Positions 18,769 through 28,220 of a DNA stretch of 57,122 nt are shown in pieces. Source of the DNA: an uncultured Eubacteriales bacterium (GTDB lineage Bacteria; Acidobacteriota; Aminicenantia; Aminicenantales; Aminicenantaceae); assembly GCA_964540205.1 (NCBI GenBank), contig CAZIMJ010000142.1:1-57122 (forward strand), given 5' to 3'. Positions within the stretch are counted from its first letter, which is position 1, and each line of letters begins with the position of its first letter. The translations under genes and the position numbers were made by a program. The notes under the pieces are model-generated. The model was not told the DNA's origin. It was given only the letters and a program-made list of their open reading frames with translations, and did no database searches.

Positions 18769-19410
18769 ATGTCAAAAAAAACATTACTACTGGTTATATT
18801 TCTTGTCTTTTCAGTGGCTCTAGTAATGGCTGCTGTGGACAAAAAAACTGGTGATGAATCCCTTAAGTGTCCGGTGAGCGGTAAAGAATTCACGAAATCC
18901 GATGCTACGCCCGAATACGAGTATGAGGGAAAGACCTATTACTTCTGCTGTGAAGGCTGCAAAGATGCATTCATCAAGAATCCAGCAAAGTATATCGAGA
19001 AAGATGTGGATATAGAACATGCCCACGATGCGGAACATGCACATGCAGCAGAACAAGCATATGCAGAGCACGCGGACCATGACCATCAATTACATGCAGA
19101 GGAAGACGGAATGGTTGTCGATCCTGTCTGTGGGATGAAGATCAATAAAGAAGACGCTAAGTTTACTCACGTCCATAATGACAAGACATATTATTTCTGC
19201 ATGGAGGAATGCAGGGATAAGTTTGTAAAAGCTCCCGGGAATTATATTAGGGCTGATGAGGGTATCGTAACCTGCCCGGTGAGCGGTGAATCTTTTAAAA
19301 AATCGGAATTCACCGAGTCTATCGATTATGAGGGAAAGGCCTATTATTTCTGTTGTGCGGGCTGCAAAGATAAGTTCGAAAAGAATCCTGAGAAGTACGC
19401 AAAGAAGTAG
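18769..19410 (+). CDS. secreted protein with three YHS/TRASH domains and a His-rich linker
   Basis: Signal peptide, then three copies of C(P)xxG...YYFC..(C)...F..P..Y. The linker is HAHDAEHAHAAEQAYAEHADHDHQLHAEE. Confidence 0.85.
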   Translation: MSKKTLLLVIFLVFSVALVMAAVDKKTGDESLKCPVSGKEFTKSDATPEYEYEGKTYYFCCEGCKDAFIKNPAKYIEKDVDIEHAHDAEHAHAAEQAYAEHADHDHQLHAEEDGMVVDPVCGMKINKEDAKFTHVHNDKTYYFCMEECRDKFVKAPGNYIRADEGIVTCPVSGESFKKSEFTESIDYEGKAYYFCCAGCKDKFEKNPEKYAKK

Positions 19411-19427
19411 TTATACTTTTTTTTACT

Positions 19428-20408
19428 CTATATAATCCCTTTGTCTTTCAACCAGGCATCGTTGTAGATCGAGCTTAGATAGCGATTGGCTGAATCTGGA
19501 AAAATTGTTACGATTCTAGCATCCTGCTGAATTTCCCGAGCTAACTTCAGACATCCCCACAAGGCGGCTCCACTCGAGCCTCCGGCCAGGATGGCCTCCT
19601 TATTGGCCAGTTCTCTGGTCATCTCGAATGCCTGTTTGTCTGTGATTCGATAAATATCATCTATCAGGCTGAAATCAACGCAACCGATGAGAAACTCATC
19701 CCCCAAACCTTCAAGAAGATATGGCGAGGGTTTTACAAGTTCTTTGGAATGAAAGTAATCATAAAAAACTGAACCTTCCGGATCGATTCCGATAACTTTG
19801 ACGCTGGGATCTTTTTCTTTGAGATATTTTGCCACGCCACAGATCGTTCCTCCTGTGCCCATACCCGCGAGGAAATAGTCAATTTTTCCATCCATTTGTT
19901 GCCAGATTTCAGGACCTGTGGTCGTGGTATGGGTCTCGTTATTTTCGCGGTTATTGTGCTGATCGAGATAATAGCTATTGGGCGTTTCTTTGGCGATTTG
20001 TGGTGCTTTGTTGTTATAACTGCCGGGGGATTCTGGGGGAAGTGTGCTGTCGACCATGATGAGTTCTGCATTTAACGCCTTGAGAAATTTTATTTTTTCA
20101 GAACTTAGACTGTCCCTTACTACGATCTTTAATGTGTAGCCTTTAATGGCGCAAACCATTGCCAATGCTAGGGCGGTGTTTCCCGAAGAGTTATCCACAA
20201 TTGTGTCTCCGGGCTTTATCCTGCCTTCTTTCTCAGCCTTTTCGATCATGTGTTTGGCGATCCGATCCTTTATGCTCCCCATAGGATTCAAAAATTCGAG
20301 TTTGGCAAAAATATCTGCTTGGACCTCTTTTGTTGTATGACTTAGCTTGATCAGTGGAGTGTTGCCTATGCCTTCCAGGATATTATGAAAATATACTTCT
20401 CGTGACAT
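19428..20408 (-). CDS. PLP-dependent cysteine synthase / cystathionine beta-synthase family protein
   Basis: GNTPLIKL..., NPMGSIKDR (PLP lysine), SSGNTALALA, GMGTGGTICG motifs. Confidence 0.85.
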   Translation of the reverse strand: MSREVYFHNILEGIGNTPLIKLSHTTKEVQADIFAKLEFLNPMGSIKDRIAKHMIEKAEKEGRIKPGDTIVDNSSGNTALALAMVCAIKGYTLKIVVRDSLSSEKIKFLKALNAELIMVDSTLPPESPGSYNNKAPQIAKETPNSYYLDQHNNRENNETHTTTTGPEIWQQMDGKIDYFLAGMGTGGTICGVAKYLKEKDPSVKVIGIDPEGSVFYDYFHSKELVKPSPYLLEGLGDEFLIGCVDFSLIDDIYRITDKQAFEMTRELANKEAILAGGSSGAALWGCLKLAREIQQDARIVTIFPDSANRYLSSIYNDAWLKDKGII

Positions 20409-20576
20409 GTCGTTATATCCTTTTCTGTGAAGATGATATTTTTTTATTCAGCGTACCTTAATTAAAAGGGAAATTATATAGCAGCGTAAGTATGGGAAGT
20501 CAATGCCAATAAATGACATGTTGATAATTTGGCTTTTGGAGATAGTTTGAATCTGGTATCTTATGGGGGAAAGAAA

Positions 20577-21671
20577 ATGAATCCAAAAAGAGTTGTTGTG
20601 GCGATGAGCGGAGGGGTGGATTCTTCCGTTGCGGCAGGGTTGCTCAAGGACCAGGGCTATGAAGTGATAGGTGTTACGATGAACTTATTCCCGCTGCCCA
20701 AAGAGTACTGCCTGGATAGAGATCTAAAAAACTGCTGCGGCCGTGGAGCAATCGAGCATGCCAACCGAGTGGCTTCAAAATTAGGGATCTCGCACTATGT
20801 TCTCAACCTCAAGGATTCTTTTGAAGATCTGGTTGTCTCTGATTTTCTCGAGGAGTATTCTCGAGGACGCACTCCCAATCCATGCATCCGCTGTAACCAG
20901 TTCATAAAATTCGATGTGCTGATGGAAAGGGCCGGGAAGATCGGAGCTTCTTGTATTGCGACCGGACATCACGCGCAGATCATCCAGGATCTTCGATCAG
21001 GACATTTCTATCTCAAAAAAGGGATGGATAAAGAGAAAGACCAATCTTATTTTCTCTACACCATGACTCAAGATCAGCTGTCTCACACCCTATTTCCTGT
21101 AGGTCTCTTCACCAAGTCAGAGATCAGAAAAAGGGCACGAGAGTGGGGCCTTCCTGTGGCAGAGAGGCCAGAAAGCCAGGAAATTTGTTTCATTCCAGAT
21201 AACGATTACGCCGGTTTTCTTAAAAAAAGGATGCCCAAGACATTCCGTCCAGGGCCGATCGTCGATTCAAAGGGCAAAGTCCTGGGTCATCACAGTGGAA
21301 TCATCCATTTTACTGTGGGACAGCGCAGAGGCCTGGGAATTGCAGCCCCTCACCCTCTTTATGTTCTTGAGATCAACACCTCAAAGAATGAAATTGTGGT
21401 CGGACCCAATGATTGTCTCTATAAAAAGGATCTGCTCGCTGATCAAATCAATTGGATATCCGGAGATAAAATTGTTTCTCCAGTTCAAGCCAAAGCCAGG
21501 ATCCGCTATAAGCATAAAGAGGCCGAGGCTCTTTTAGTTCCTTTGGATTCTGAAAAAATTCGCGTGGAATTTAAAAAGTCTCAGAGAGCAATAACTCCCG
21601 GCCAGGCGGTGGTTTTTTATGAGGGGGATGTGGTTCTGGGCGGTGGCACGATTTCGTCCAGTGAGTATTGA
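20577..21671 (+). CDS. mnmA: tRNA 2-thiouridine(34) synthase MnmA
   Basis: VVVAMSGGVDSSVAA PP-loop, NPCIRCN, ATGHHA, DQSYFL motifs. ATG 20577 is preferred to the TTG at 20529. Confidence 0.95.
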   Translation: MNPKRVVVAMSGGVDSSVAAGLLKDQGYEVIGVTMNLFPLPKEYCLDRDLKNCCGRGAIEHANRVASKLGISHYVLNLKDSFEDLVVSDFLEEYSRGRTPNPCIRCNQFIKFDVLMERAGKIGASCIATGHHAQIIQDLRSGHFYLKKGMDKEKDQSYFLYTMTQDQLSHTLFPVGLFTKSEIRKRAREWGLPVAERPESQEICFIPDNDYAGFLKKRMPKTFRPGPIVDSKGKVLGHHSGIIHFTVGQRRGLGIAAPHPLYVLEINTSKNEIVVGPNDCLYKKDLLADQINWISGDKIVSPVQAKARIRYKHKEAEALLVPLDSEKIRVEFKKSQRAITPGQAVVFYEGDVVLGGGTISSSEY

Positions 21672-21739
21672 GTCGTAAACCGTAAACAAGTCACATCAAA
21701 ACCCAAAATTATTCGCTGGGAAGACATGTGCGCATTTTT

Positions 21740-22743
21740 CTACAGGAGAAGTGTGATCATGAGGATGCTGCAGCCGGCTACCACAAGAGAGCCAATAAAA
21801 CCGACAGACAATTAAAGGCTTTATTCCGACTGTTTTGAATGTACTGAAGACAGTGTTGAGTCCGATCCCCGCCAAACCCAAAAGGATGAGGAATCTTCCC
21901 GCACTGTTGAAAGCTTTGACTCCTTCAGCTGTAAAATACCCCAGAGTGTTTATTCCTGCCATGATGAAATAGCCGAAGAGAAACCAGGGGAAGGCTTTGG
22001 CAATGTTGATGTGAGTTCCCTAGGATTTCTTGCTCGACAATACGTACCGCGTGTACAACACAGCGATTAAGAATGCCAGCAGGACCATAAAACAATTCCG
22101 GACGAGTTTAACGGCAGTGGCAGTTTTCCCGGCGAGGTCGGAAAAGATAAATCCTGCACCGACAACTTGGGGTGTAGAGTGCTGTCCCGGCAAAGACACC
22201 AAAGCTGACATCTGTTACTCCTAAAAGCTGTGCGATCTTCGGGTAAAATATGATGGCGATGAGCCCCCAGAGAGCGATCGTTCCAATAGCATAGCTGGTC
22301 TCTTCCTCTTTGGCTTTGATGAGTGGGGCTGTGACAGCTATGGCAGAACCCCCGCAGATCGTAGTTCCTACGGAAAGTAGAACAGAAAGAGCTGTTGGGA
22401 GTTTAAAGACTTTTCCAAGAAAATAGATGACAAAAAAGCTGACGGCCATCGTTACGACAATGATGCCAAGCATATGGAGTCCTTGGGAAGAAAAGTTTTT
22501 AAAGTTCAGTGATGACCCGATGAGGACGATCCCAAGGATCAAGATTTTTTCAAATGCTTTTATTCCAGGAAGGCATATTTTGGGCACAAGACCAAGGTTT
22601 TGCAGCAAGATACCCAAGATGATAGCGATGACTACAGCTTCGATGGCGTGTTTACAGCCCACCTCTACCAGTTTAGAGAGAGAGGTGGCAATCCGAGCCA
22701 CAACGAGCATCAGGATCTAGCCAGGAAGAAATTCCTTTTCCAT
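21740..22743 (-). pseudogene. YeiH/UPF0324-family membrane transporter, disrupted by two in-frame TAG codons and two frameshifts
   Basis: Three ORF-track pieces (22108-22710, 22020-22211, 21696-21962) align colinearly to the YeiH family. In-frame TAGs lie at 22719-22717 and 22022-22020. A -1 shift near 22190 breaks GTA/HSTPQVVGAG. A +1 shift near 21805 is needed to restore the C-terminus VGFIGSLVVAGCSILMITLLL*. Confidence 0.75.
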
Positions 22744-22998
22744 ACTATCCCCTCTGCATTTTCATTCGGAACTCTAACTTTTTAAAAACAAGCGCCTATT
22801 TTATCAGTCGGCTGCCCCATCTGTTAATGTTAATAGAGCATTAGATCCCCCACCAGACGTCGGAAAATTAGGAGTATTGGAGGAACGGATCGCCCGAACG
22901 GTCAGTTGCGAGAACCAGTGAACTTGTCAATTGATTGCGAAAGATGTATTTTTAGAGAACCGAGTGCAGCAACTTTTAAAAGAAATGAGAAGAAAAAC

Positions 22999-23877
22999 AT
23001 GAAATATGGTTGTTCATCCGAGGTCGGTGAGATCAAGTGCCTTTTGCTGAAACATCCCAGGGAGGCCTTTATCAAGCAGGAGAGCATAGAGGAGCAATGG
23101 ATGGACCTCAATTACATGGGCCGTCCTGATTTTGAAAAAGCAGTTCAAGAGTACGAAAATTTCGTGGCTCTACTCCAAGAATTTGTTCCTGAGATTCATT
23201 TTTTGCCCCAAAACGCAAACACTGGCCTGGATTCCATCTACGTCCACGATCCGCTAATGATAACGGAGCGGGGGGGCATCTTGTGCCGGATGGGGAAGGG
23301 AGAACGAGAGGGAGAGCCTTCAGCCGTAGGAGAATTCCTCAAAGATCTCAACATTCCGATTCTGGGTGCGATTACCGATCCTGGAAAACTTGAAGGTGGG
23401 GATGTGGTCCAATTTGATCAGCAGACTCTAGCCGTAGGGCAGGGATACCGGACCAACGCCGAGGGAATCCGGCAGCTCAGAGAGCTCACCAGAGATTTTA
23501 TCAAAGAATTGATGGTTGTTCCCCTCCCGCATTGGAACGGTCCCCAGGATGTCCTTCATCTCATGTCTTTTATCAGCCCGGTGGACCGAAATCACGCTCT
23601 GGTCTATTCGCGGTTGATGCCCGTGCCTTTCCGGGAATGGCTGCTTCACAGGGGCATGACACTCATCGAAGTGCCGGATGTAGAGTTTGAGATGATGGCC
23701 TGTAATGTGCTGGCTATTTCACCTCGGAAATGTCTTATGCTTGCAGGAAATCCACGCACAAAACAACTCCTCGAGGAAACCGGAGTGGAAGTCTGGGAAT
23801 ATTCCGGGGACGAGATCTCGAGGAAAGGTGCAGGCGGTCCCACATGCCTTACTCGCCCTCTCTTTCGTACAGGCTGA
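22999..23877 (+). CDS. amidinotransferase-superfamily protein (dimethylarginine dimethylaminohydrolase / arginine deiminase-like)
   Basis: About 293 aa from ATG 22999. The C-terminal GGPTCLTRPL carries the catalytic-Cys context of this superfamily. The internal GGD(V) region is consistent with it. Confidence 0.65.
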   Translation: MKYGCSSEVGEIKCLLLKHPREAFIKQESIEEQWMDLNYMGRPDFEKAVQEYENFVALLQEFVPEIHFLPQNANTGLDSIYVHDPLMITERGGILCRMGKGEREGEPSAVGEFLKDLNIPILGAITDPGKLEGGDVVQFDQQTLAVGQGYRTNAEGIRQLRELTRDFIKELMVVPLPHWNGPQDVLHLMSFISPVDRNHALVYSRLMPVPFREWLLHRGMTLIEVPDVEFEMMACNVLAISPRKCLMLAGNPRTKQLLEETGVEVWEYSGDEISRKGAGGPTCLTRPLFRTG

Positions 23878-23905
23878 ACTCTTCGGCTAAATCTCTTTCG
23901 CAGAA

Positions 23906-24199
23906 TTAAGATTTATCGATGGATTTTAGCTTTGAGAGCACTGAGGCATCTTTGTCGAGCCTGTGGTCGACTTGGAGATCGATATGTATTCTTTGCACGC
24001 CCATATCCACTAACACTCTATGGGTTTTCTCCACGAGTTCAAATAGAGTTCTCAGGTCTGGTGCCTCGATTGTCGTCGCCATGCCGCCCGTGTAACTCTT
24101 CAGGCCAGAGTTTTCGATCACTCTTACGACTTCCTTGACATACCGACTGACCGATACACCTTCACTCGTGGGGAAAATTGCCAATTCACTGATGATCAT
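23906..24199 (-). CDS. MTH1187/YkoF-family (DUF77) thiamine-binding-like protein
   Basis: 97 aa. MIISELAIFPTSEG.SVS.YV...I..SGL.....M.T.IE matches the DUF77 pattern. Confidence 0.8.
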   Translation of the reverse strand: MIISELAIFPTSEGVSVSRYVKEVVRVIENSGLKSYTGGMATTIEAPDLRTLFELVEKTHRVLVDMGVQRIHIDLQVDHRLDKDASVLSKLKSIDKS

Positions 24200-24264
24200 T
24201 TTTCACCTCGCCTTGATTCTAACAATGAATTCTATCAACACTCCTTTTTTTAATCAACGATCTG

Positions 24265-26352
24265 TTACGTGCCTGAACATCTGTTCCAGCCACAGTTCGG
24301 ACATGTCGGGCACTTCTCATCCGGGAGACTGGCGCCACAGATCTTACACATCACGGTGAAAAAATCTTTGGCATTTGTTTTTGTCTTGCCGATGTGCCGT
24401 TCCATCACTTTGGCGATCGCATCCGGAATAGATTGAACCAACCCACCCTCTGTAAAGATCGGCTCAGATCCTCCGATCCCTTTGAGTTGACTGATGACAT
24501 CTTTGGGTTCGACGCCGCTCCTCAACGCTAGCGATATAAGCCTTCCCAGGGCCTCAGCATCGGCCATAGTGGAGTACCCGCTTTTGCCGATGGAGGTGAA
24601 GACTTCAAAAGGCTTCTGATTGAAATAGGAGATGGTGACATATAAGTTCCCGAAGCCGGTTTTGATCTTATCAGTGACTGATGGAATGGAATTCGGCCTC
24701 TCCTTAGGATGAAGTTGTTCTGTGGGAAGGTTGAGGACCTGTTCGGTGCGGCTTCCATCTCTGTAGATGGTGATCCCATTGGTATTCAGCTCATGAGCCA
24801 GAAGATAGGCGTTGTTGACATCCTGTTTTGTTGCGCTGTTCGGAAAATTTATGGTCTTGGACACGGAATTGTCCACATGTTTTTGGAATGCGGCCTGCAT
24901 CTTGATATGCCATTCCGGTGTGATGTCGTGGGCAGTCCTGAAATAAGCGGGCAAGGGCTCATCAGGATTTTTTGCCTTCCACTCTGCATACAGAGGATGG
25001 ATATCTTTGAGCTCGCCGTCGATGATCTTTGATGTGAATTCAAAGGCGAATACGGGCTCGATACTGGACGAACACCCAGCGATGCGCGATATCGTTCCTG
25101 TAGGAGCGATGGTTATAACCGTGGCATTTCGCATCGTTTTTCCCTTGAAGACCGAGTGCTCGATGTTCGGGAAATTGCCTCGCGATTCTGCCAGTTTTCT
25201 GGATTCAGCCTGTGAATTTTTTCTCAAGAATGAAGCGATTTTTTCCGCAAGTTTAATGGCTTTTACCGAATCATACCTGATCTCCATCTTGATCAGAAGG
25301 TCTGCCCAGCCCATGACACCCAAGCCGATGCGCCTGTTTCCCTTGGTCGTCTGTTCGATTTCCGGTAGGGGATACCTGTTGACTTCGATCACGTTGTCCA
25401 GAAATCGGACTGCGATCTGTATGACTTTTTTAAACCTCTCCCAGTCGAATCGATCCTTTTTGTTCGGGGCGAAAAAGTTCGATAGATTCAGAGATCCCAG
25501 GTTGCATGATTCATACGCATGAAGCGGTTGTTCACCGCAGGGATTTGTCGCACGGATCGGTCCGAGCCCGGAAGTGGGGTTGTGCTCATTGATTTTATCT
25601 ATAAAAACTAGACCGGGGTCGCCCACTGCCCACGCCGATTCCACGATTTTGTCGAAGACCTTGCCGGCTTTTTTCTTCCCCACCTTTTTCTTAAGGAAGG
25701 GATCGTAGATGCTGTATGAGCCATCCTCCTTTAGCGCATCCATAAACGCCTCCGTGACCGCAACAGAGATGTTGAAATTGTTGATCGTCCGGCCATCCTT
25801 TTTTAGCAGAATGAATTCTTCGATGTCGGGATGATCGACGCGCAGGATCCCCATGTTTGCGCCTCTGCGTGTGCCGCCCTGTTTGACAGCTTCGGTCGCG
25901 GCATCGAGGACTTTGAGGAAAGAAATGGGGCCGGAGGCGATTCCCTGCGTTTTGCGGACAAAACTCCCTGCAGGACGGAGGAGGCTGAAGTCGAATCCTG
26001 TACCCCCTCCTTCTTTATGGACCAGTGCTGTGTTTTTAACGGTTTGGAAGATGGAATCCATGGAATCTTCGATCGGAAGGACAAAGCAGGCGCTCAGACA
26101 CATGTCTCTGCCAGAGCCGGTGAGAGTGGGGCTGTTGGGCATAAAGTCCCGGTCCATCATTAGTTTAAAAAATCTGTTTTCCCACTTTTTCTGTTCGCTC
26201 GTTGTCTCTTCGGCTGAAGCGATGTGCCGAGCTACTCTAGAGAACAGATCCGATGGTGATTCGTCCAAAAATTCTCCGTCTTCACTCTTCATGAAGTAGC
26301 GTGCCTTCAGGATTCGCATCGCATTTTGAGAAAAACCATTCCCCTCTGACAT
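24265..26352 (-). CDS. nrdJ: adenosylcobalamin-dependent (class II) ribonucleotide reductase
   Basis: 695 aa. NPCGEQPL active-site loop and TIAPTGTIS are NrdJ-like. C-terminal CxxC...CxxC zinc ribbon (CKICG..CPTCPNCG). Confidence 0.9.
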   Translation of the reverse strand: MSEGNGFSQNAMRILKARYFMKSEDGEFLDESPSDLFSRVARHIASAEETTSEQKKWENRFFKLMMDRDFMPNSPTLTGSGRDMCLSACFVLPIEDSMDSIFQTVKNTALVHKEGGGTGFDFSLLRPAGSFVRKTQGIASGPISFLKVLDAATEAVKQGGTRRGANMGILRVDHPDIEEFILLKKDGRTINNFNISVAVTEAFMDALKEDGSYSIYDPFLKKKVGKKKAGKVFDKIVESAWAVGDPGLVFIDKINEHNPTSGLGPIRATNPCGEQPLHAYESCNLGSLNLSNFFAPNKKDRFDWERFKKVIQIAVRFLDNVIEVNRYPLPEIEQTTKGNRRIGLGVMGWADLLIKMEIRYDSVKAIKLAEKIASFLRKNSQAESRKLAESRGNFPNIEHSVFKGKTMRNATVITIAPTGTISRIAGCSSSIEPVFAFEFTSKIIDGELKDIHPLYAEWKAKNPDEPLPAYFRTAHDITPEWHIKMQAAFQKHVDNSVSKTINFPNSATKQDVNNAYLLAHELNTNGITIYRDGSRTEQVLNLPTEQLHPKERPNSIPSVTDKIKTGFGNLYVTISYFNQKPFEVFTSIGKSGYSTMADAEALGRLISLALRSGVEPKDVISQLKGIGGSEPIFTEGGLVQSIPDAIAKVMERHIGKTKTNAKDFFTVMCKICGASLPDEKCPTCPNCGWNRCSGT

Positions 26353-26399
26353 GATTACACCTCTATGCTGGGAGTCGTACAGGATGTTGTAGCATAAAG

Positions 26400-26428
26400 A
26401 ATATAAACTGCCACATGGTGTATGTCAA
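26400..26428 (-). promoter_or_regulatory. candidate sigma70 promoter of nrdJ
   Basis: Minus strand reads TTGACA (26428-26423), N17, TATATT (26405-26400), about 48 nt upstream of the ATG. Confidence 0.4.
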
Positions 26429-26533
26429 GACATATTTAGGGAATTTATAGGAATTATCAAAAAACCGAAAAGAGTAAGGAGTCAGGGACAAAAATATTAG
26501 GCTTAGGAAATGAAATTTTGATGCCTGGAAAAA

Positions 26534-26678
26534 CCTGGATTATTCATAAAAAATGTCGATTATAAATGAAAATCGAATAAGAAACAGAGTACCCAAATGA
26601 GTATTCCTAAAAACAATGTAAAAATCTGAGAATACGTCTGTCATGATAAGTATCGACATTTTTTATGAATAATTCAGG
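26534..26678. mobile_element. 145-bp MITE-like element with 27-bp terminal inverted repeats
   Basis: CCTGGATTATTCATAAAAAATGTCGAT (26534-26560) against the reverse complement of ATCGACATTTTTTATGAATAATTCAGG (26652-26678) gives 26/27 matches. AT-rich non-coding core. A related copy lies at 52004-52256. Confidence 0.5.
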
Positions 26679-26836
26679 CTAAGACGATCGGTTTTGGATT
26701 CTATTGTTTAGAAGGTAGAGGGTGTTTGATCTTTTCCCAAGAGGCGATAAAATTAAAATGTTCGTCAGTGTGGCAGGTTAAGCATTTTTCCTTAATAGCA
26801 TCCTGTGATGTGTATCATAATCATAAAAACATTCTT

Positions 26837-28120
26837 TTAGCATTCCAAGCGGCGGTCAGATTTTGATAGCTTATCTTTAAGAACTCGAAATCCCAGTTTG
26901 ATAAAAAGCTTAAAGCTTTTTGTCTCCGACCATATCTTTTGATACGTTTGCTGTCCAGAGACGATGTTGAAGAGGGCTTTTTTTAACGTCGGCTCGTTTT
27001 CGGCTGAGGCGAGAACGCTGTCCAGGAATCCATATTTGGATGACTTGTTTGATAAAAATCTTAACGTCTTCCCATACGGAATGTCACACGTTAAATCAGA
27101 ACAGCTATTCATGTAGGCATTTAAGCCTTCTTTTGACATTCCATGGCTAATAATGACCTTAGCGGCATTCATCCCGGTTTTCACAGCGGAATTGATTCCT
27201 TTGCCCTTAAGAGGTCTTATCAAACCTGCCGAATCGCCAACCATCACATAACGATCTCTAAAGATTCCTTTAGCAGGAAGGGTGGGAAATTTCCCCTTAA
27301 AATAATAGAGTTGGAGTTTTATGTGTTCAAAATTTTGCGGTAGCGTCTTCTTCACACAAGGAAGGTCCAGGAATGAATCCATCATGGCGGCGTCAACAGT
27401 ATTCCCCGCAATATTTATGGAAAGATGGTTTTCTTTGGGAGTGATGGCACCGAATTCAACATGAGGAAGAGACTTTGGAAGAAACGCATGGATATAGCTT
27501 CCAAATTTCTGCATCTCTGATTCACCCGGGTGTATTTTCGTCACGATTGAGGACAGAAATTTTGGCTGGTGATAAGGCGTTAATCTTTCAAAAGTCTTGG
27601 CCATCCCATCATCCAGACCGAACGCACCCACAACAACATCCGCCTTGATGTTGTTGCTCTCGCTGTATACCATTACGCCATCTGCATCAAAGTCCAAATC
27701 AGTTACGCGCGCTTGGATTGTCTCTATGCCCAATTCCTTCACTTTCTTGAAGAGATAGTTGTCGAATTCGACTCTTCGGCATGAGTATGAAGGCTCATGC
27801 TCTCCTTCGAGCTTCAGGGAATATTTTCCTGTATGAACAAAGTATCCGTTGATCTTTTTATTTATGATGTCCCATGGAAAAGGGACGCCCAGATCTTTCT
27901 CTAAAATATTTTCAATGGGCGGAGAGAGCACACCCATACACTGGTTGTAATAGCTCTTTTTTTCGAATCTTTTCCCCTCATAGACGATAATTCGAGGATT
28001 GATCCCCTTTTCTTGAGACAATTTTTTGAGTTTGATGGCACAGCTGGCACCGGCAGGCCCACCTCCGATGATGACGATGGTACTCTTGTCGTTTATCTCT
28101 GTAAGCGCTGATTCTGTCAT
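26837..28120 (-). CDS. FAD-dependent oxidoreductase, geranylgeranyl-reductase-like
   Basis: IVIIGGGPAGASCA dinucleotide-binding motif at the N-terminus and a VGDSAG-type second FAD motif, 427 aa. Confidence 0.8.
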   Translation of the reverse strand: MTESALTEINDKSTIVIIGGGPAGASCAIKLKKLSQEKGINPRIIVYEGKRFEKKSYYNQCMGVLSPPIENILEKDLGVPFPWDIINKKINGYFVHTGKYSLKLEGEHEPSYSCRRVEFDNYLFKKVKELGIETIQARVTDLDFDADGVMVYSESNNIKADVVVGAFGLDDGMAKTFERLTPYHQPKFLSSIVTKIHPGESEMQKFGSYIHAFLPKSLPHVEFGAITPKENHLSINIAGNTVDAAMMDSFLDLPCVKKTLPQNFEHIKLQLYYFKGKFPTLPAKGIFRDRYVMVGDSAGLIRPLKGKGINSAVKTGMNAAKVIISHGMSKEGLNAYMNSCSDLTCDIPYGKTLRFLSNKSSKYGFLDSVLASAENEPTLKKALFNIVSGQQTYQKIWSETKSFKLFIKLGFRVLKDKLSKSDRRLEC

Positions 28121-28220
28121 AGGTAGATTCTTGGATTCAACTGAGCTATCATTATTAAATTAGTATCACATCCTATTGTCGGTACATCCTTATGATAGTA
28201 TATCCTATTGATGAATTTTT

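Noticed and set aside
22020-22719. The two in-frame TAG codons of the yeiH-like gene as recoded (pyrrolysine-type) codons
   Set aside because: TAG clearly terminates other genes in the window (cusA, the MtrA-like decaheme, the 52308 gene). Two frameshifts accompany the TAGs. No pyl genes are present in the window. Pseudogenisation is the simpler explanation.
26353-26533. NrdR boxes or a cobalamin riboswitch in the nrdJ leader
   Set aside because: Two weak palindromes (TACAGGATGTTGTA at 26378-26391 and CACATGGTG at 26412-26420) lie about 31 nt apart, which is NrdR-like spacing. Each matches only about half of the 16-nt consensus acaCwAtATaTwgtgt. No B12-box (GCCACTG context) or riboswitch-sized conserved structure was seen. 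This is too weak to call without a PWM or covariance-model scan.
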